From Vermamoeba vermiformis (Eukaryota), in the NCBI GenBank assembly GCA_045837725.1, contig JBEWZL010000063.1, positions 124,001-188,000 on the forward strand: a stretch of 64,000 nucleotides of DNA. The letters are read 5' to 3'. The notes under the pieces were generated by a model that ran no database searches, was not told the DNA's origin, and saw nothing but the letters and a program-made list of their open reading frames with translations. Below, one piece after another: positions 59,623 through 64,000 of this stretch (the stretch's first letter is position 1; every line of letters begins with the position of its first letter). The position numbers and the translations under genes are program-made.

Positions 59623-62270
59623 TTAAAGTGTAGTTTCACTCGCGTCGAGCTTTTGTGCGGTTAGTTCAGCAATAACCTTTTCTTTTAACTTCAGAATTTC
59701 GTTTTGTAATTTGACGGTGGTGCCAAGGCCTTGAATCTTCAATTTATTCGTCAGATCCGCTTTCTCAAGAAACACAAGCTCCGCACCGGTAATCTAGAAA
59801 ATAAAATTAGCACTATATATATTTGATTACGTTAAGTTAACCTACGTTTTCTTGCTTGAAAACCTGGATCAAGTTTAAAAAGTTCTTTTCGCCGAGCCAA
59901 TTGCACACAGCTTCGTTACTCCAATTCAACACAACTGTAGGAACGCTATAAATATCGTGTCGATGCTGAAGCAAGAAGAGGTACATTTGAAGCTTTTTGG
60001 ACTCTTTGAACGGCAAGCCAAGTGTTGTCGTCATATCATTTGTATCGAGGCCTTGTAGTACTTCGCCGTCAATTTGATTCTGAAGAAATATCTGTGAGAA
60101 TTTTCCCAGTCCAATTTCTTTCAGTAAGAACGAAATATCTTCGCAAGTCCAGCTATTCAGATCCGTTTGAAGCTTTTCTTGCCATTTCTTCAACTCCGGT
60201 TCATTTTTTTCACGGGACACTTGAAATAGCATCAAATTGACTTCAAGATTTTCTTGCGCAATAGCCCTGTCAGTGAGTTCCCGTGAAATTTCGTTGATGG
60301 ATCCGTTCAATTTTTCTGATTTTTCTTCCAACTCTGCAAGACGACGTGTTAATTCTTCTTTTTCTGTAGCGACTTGCTTATGAACAGCTTCTAATTCCGT
60401 TTTATCGCTTCTTAGTTTCGTAGTTATTTTTCTATTTTTGTCTAATTTTTCTTGGACAATTCGAGCGCTGATCGTATCCGCGATAGTTTTGGCGTGTAAA
60501 TCGAGGTCGTCAGGATAGAGCTCTTGAAGTATACATTGCGTGCAATGGCTTTCAATGTATTGTCGCAACGCTTCGTAGTTCTTGTTCCGAAGATATTGCT
60601 CGACTTGGGCCGAATGAACGAGGACTGGTACGACGTTCTCAAATTCGTTTCTATTGTTGACTTGTTTGACCTCTGGCACCGTTTCTACGGCTTTATTTGA
60701 TTGGCTAGGATCTCGGTTAGACAGTTGCAGAGACTCCGCCACTCTTCTTGGGACTGCATTTCTTTCGATGAAAATTGCAAAGTACAGCGATTCAGTGGCT
60801 GGTTTAAGAACAGTCAGGCAATGAAATTTCATCCACGTGATCGTCCAAAAGAATTGATTTTTTCACAGCGAATCGTAAGAATAAATTTGCTTTAACGTTA
60901 AACGAGAGTTTCACGTGGTCGCGTTATTATTATTGAAATTGTTTTTCACGTTAGATTTACCTGTCAAAAGCCGATCCGACGGTGAAATTTCAAGGCCATG
61001 CTCTTTTTTCAATTCTTTAGGCACAGCATTGAGAGGTATCGCTACATGATAATAATATTACTTATTTAGGAAATGACCAATCTCAGTATAAGAATAACGG
61101 AGGACTTACATTTCACGACAACGCTGTTGACCGTAATATTCTTTCGTAATGCGGATAAAATGTTCTTAAAGCACGCATTTAGCTTTTGCAAGTCTCTCAA
61201 GGACGATGGAGTGCTTTTAAAAGTAATACATGTCAAAGTCGAGTTGATCTGCAGTCCTTCGAAAAAACTCAGAGAATTCAACGCCTCAACGTCATAGCCT
61301 AATAATAAAATATTAATATTACTATAGTGAGAATTTTAGGTGGGTTTAATTTTACCTTCAATGTTAAGGGTTTTAATTGGCGAGTATTCAATGTGAGATC
61401 CAACGACGGTGATAAGTTCTTTGCTGAAACATTCCACGGTCAATTCTCGCAACGAATTTGAGGCACTTAAAGCTGCAAATATCGGGTTTATCGGGTCTTG
61501 GCACGGAGAGTGTTTAATTCTTATGTGAATAATTGAATCATTTGCTTGCAGCGCTTCAACGAAGTAGTTTAAATTGACTATAGAGCCTATTTTATAATAA
61601 TATTATTAATATTTAAATCGTATATAGGTATAAAGATTTATTTTACCTAATTTGACGGTCAGATCCGTGACACTCGGTGCAATTCTGAAGGGCAAACGTG
61701 CGTTGGCTATATCTTCATCTCTCGATAACATAATAACTTGTTCCATATAATAAATATAGCTTGTGTGTTATATTAATCGTGCTCTGGGTTGGTACTGGCC
61801 GCCCTAAACGCGAAGAATTAGTTTTTTGTTTCAAAAAGAATAGAAATAAAGAATAGACTCGCGTTAATAAAAATAATAATTATCAAACAAGTTAACTTAC
61901 ATTCTTTATCCAAATGGAGTTGTTCTCGTACTGGTAGCCAGATTCATCCAGATCGGATCTGAATCTGAATCTCGAACCGCAGATTCACTGCTGAGCAATA
62001 GAATTAATAAAAATCAGCATTATTATAATTCAATATTTTTACAATTAAACGATAATGCATGGGCGTAAATAAATAAAAATGCGCCAAATTAATGAAATTC
62101 GAATTTTTCTGATCGAAGATACTGTTCAGGTGCTTCGCGAAATTATTTAATAATAACGTGGGAGTTAATATAATATTGTTAATGTAATTTACTTTACCAC
62201 GACCAACGTGGGATTTGGAAATCCAAGACCGTTGCGACGATCCAATGTCGCTTTGGAAATTCCGTTTTCC
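59623..62270 (-). CDS. RNI/LRR-like, coiled-coil and tandem SAM-domain protein; 5' end unresolved and abutting the retroelement
   Basis: ALQANDSIIH, GLQINSTLTC and ALRKNITV repeats, a coiled coil, WTCEDISFLL..IDGEVLQGL and WSNEAVCNWL..ITGAELV. Confidence 0.7.
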
Positions 62271-62289
62271 TAAAATAGAAATATTAGTT

Positions 62290-62404
62290 TGTAAACCGTT
62301 TTTGTATCTTTTTCGTATTTCGAATAAAGCACCACAACAGGTATTTTCTTACCTATTGTCTGTCTCCGTACTGATCTGATCCGTGAAGATAGTCTGCATC
62401 TTCA
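62290..62404 (+). repeat. Putative short 5' LTR (~115 bp)
   Basis: Begins TGTAAA, ends CTTCA, followed by TATT-TGGTGCGCCC. The second LTR is outside the window. Confidence 0.5.
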
Positions 62405-62474
62405 TATTTGGTGCGCCCTTCGCCTGAATCCGTACTCCGTCTCTGCAACCGCGCCTTCATTTTCCACGTAGCTA

Positions 62475-64000
62475 ATGGAGAAGAATACGCCTGTTTCACG
62501 CTCGTCCTCTAGAAAGGGGGAGAAGCGTCCGTCACATCTGTCAACGTACCACATCGAACAAACTTCAAACGGTAGTGATCACGATTTTTGGGTCGAACAT
62601 CATGGGAGCGATGACTCCGACGACCAGATTACTTGGGACGATCTTGCCTATCTCGAGTCAAGCTCTGAAGACAGTTCCGAAGTCGAGCACAACCCGTCAC
62701 ATCCAAGATCTGTGAATCGAAAGATCGAACCGACATCGGAAAAGAAGTCCAACAAGAAGAAGAATGTCCTTAAGGAATTTCTGGTTACCCATGCGACTCT
62801 TTTGAAATCACTGTCGATCGAAGTCAAAGCGCTGCGTAAAGAACTCGATGAAACGAAGCGCAAGAAGAAGAGCAAGAAAGCTCCGCAAGAAGATCTGAAT
62901 AAGACTATTTATCGTCCTTCTACTGAGCGCGATAACGATTCTGAGGACGATAGATCTGAAACTCCGCCCAAGAAGAAACTGTCCTTCAACACTCCAGGAC
63001 ACTCAACGCCTTATCGACCTCGAGGCGAAGAAGGACTCATTAATGACGATGGTCCTTATTTGGAGATTGGTCTGCAAGAGTCCATCAAGTTTCCTGCTGG
63101 TGCCGACCAACTTGAGACTTTCCAAGGCGAACAAGGTGACACGTTTGCGCTTTGGTGGGCTCACTTCCGTCGAATCTCTGCCAAGTGGAGCGACTCTGTT
63201 CGCGTCCACGTGCTGCTGGCTAAGTTTGGCCGCAATCCTCGTGCATGGCTCTTGAATGTGCTTGAAAACAAGATCACGTGGAATGGTCTTGTCAATGAAA
63301 TCGAACGCGCGTACTCGTCCCTCAACTCTGACACGGAGCTGCGCCAGAGCATGCGAAAGCTCAAGTGGTTGCCGAGTACCAAGAAGACTGCTCAAGTTTG
63401 GCTCCAGAAGATGGAAGCTCTGCGCGTGCGAATGAAAGAGAAGATCCCCGACAAGGAATTCTTGCGTCTGATCTTTGATGACTGTCTCCCGGCGAAAAAT
63501 CGCATGTATTTAGGAGACCCTGACAATTACTCGACGTATTTGGACTTCCGTGCAAAGTTGCTTCAACACGAGCTCACCTTCATGCAAGTGCTAGAAGAAG
63601 AGAACAATGAGCGTCAGAAGAACCACAACAATCGCGGTAGTGCTAAGAGTCCTGCCCCTGCAAAGGCCCAGTCAACAACTGCTGCCACTACGACCCCTGC
63701 GACGTCAACGACAACAGACGCCGCCACGACCGAGGTAAAGAGCAAGCCGGATGCATCAGGCGTCACTTGCCATTATTGTAAGCAATTGGGTCATTACAAA
63801 TCCGATTGCCCTAAAAAGAAGCGAAATGCTTTCATGTATGTCGCTTCTTCCGATCCAGGACCGTCCGAGGAGTCTTCGTCTGATACTGATGAGGACTCTG
63901 AGGAGTCTATTCAAGGCTCTCCGGGATCTAGCGTAGCCATCGAGCCTGTCGACGAAAACTCCGCTGAGCCTGTCATCGTCTCAGTTCATCATAGTTCGTC
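62475..64000 (+). CDS. gag: Gag polyprotein (capsid-like region plus CCHC zinc knuckle), runs off window end
   Basis: Uninterrupted frame from ATG 62475. Capsid-like LETFQGEQGDTFALWWAHF..PRAWL..ITWNGLVNEI. CHYCKQLGHYKSDC (CX2CX4HX4C) at 63768-63809. Confidence 0.9.
   Translation, partial: MEKNTPVSRSSSRKGEKRPSHLSTYHIEQTSNGSDHDFWVEHHGSDDSDDQITWDDLAYLESSSEDSSEVEHNPSHPRSVNRKIEPTSEKKSNKKKNVLKEFLVTHATLLKSLSIEVKALRKELDETKRKKKSKKAPQEDLNKTIYRPSTERDNDSEDDRSETPPKKKLSFNTPGHSTPYRPRGEEGLINDDGPYLEIGLQESIKFPAGADQLETFQGEQGDTFALWWAHFRRISAKWSDSVRVHVLLAKFGRNPRAWLLNVLENKITWNGLVNEIERAYSSLNSDTELRQSMRKLKWLPSTKKTAQVWLQKMEALRVRMKEKIPDKEFLRLIFDDCLPAKNRMYLGDPDNYSTYLDFRAKLLQHELTFMQVLEEENNERQKNHNNRGSAKSPAPAKAQSTTAATTTPATSTTTDAATTEVKSKPDASGVTCHYCKQLGHYKSDCPKKKRNAFMYVASSDPGPSEESSSDTDEDSEESIQGSPGSSVAIEPVDENSAEPVIVSVHHSS

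Larger units (their letters stand above)
62290..64000 (+). mobile_element. Ty3/gypsy-like LTR retrotransposon, 5' portion
   Basis: Putative TG...CA LTR at 62290-62404 containing AATAAA, TGG-initiated PBS at 62409, then an intronless GC-richer gag ORF. Confidence 0.8.

Noticed and set aside
62648-63936. Several short ORFs listed in the track over the last 1.4 kb
   Set aside because: Shadows of the single open gag frame, which the track omitted because it has no stop in the window

Overview
Gene-dense, intron-rich eukaryotic nuclear DNA with mostly 50-150 nt GT-AG introns and the standard code. It is probably from a protist, plausibly an amoebozoan (inference from ubiquitin sequence and gene content). 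About 28 multi-exon genes are supported, including a GPAT-like acyltransferase, mL46, polyubiquitin, two STE20 kinases, an SR/RRM protein, ankyrin-BTB, two degenerate mitochondrial carriers, GH26, two aldo-keto reductase paralogues, CBM20-EEP, PA-7TM, two F-box proteins, RED/IK, a P450, NOG1, a Na/Ca exchanger, cyclin L, NAA10, Lon, a DSP-like/SAM protein and an LRR receptor-like protein. There is also a tRNA-Arg(TCT) and the 5' end of a Ty3/gypsy-like LTR retroelement. Most notable: (1) an I-PpoI-like His-Cys box homing endonuclease ORF nested antisense in a spliceosomal intron of a kinase gene; (2) a CBM20-EEP fusion with laforin-like architecture; (3) a GH26 with a CBM5/12-like module inserted in the catalytic barrel; (4) a TGACA-NN-TGTCA palindrome family seen only in introns; (5) two U12-type introns; (6) a long cyclin L intron with candidate poison exons. 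Gene models were assembled by eye, so exon boundaries are approximate and no database search was run.
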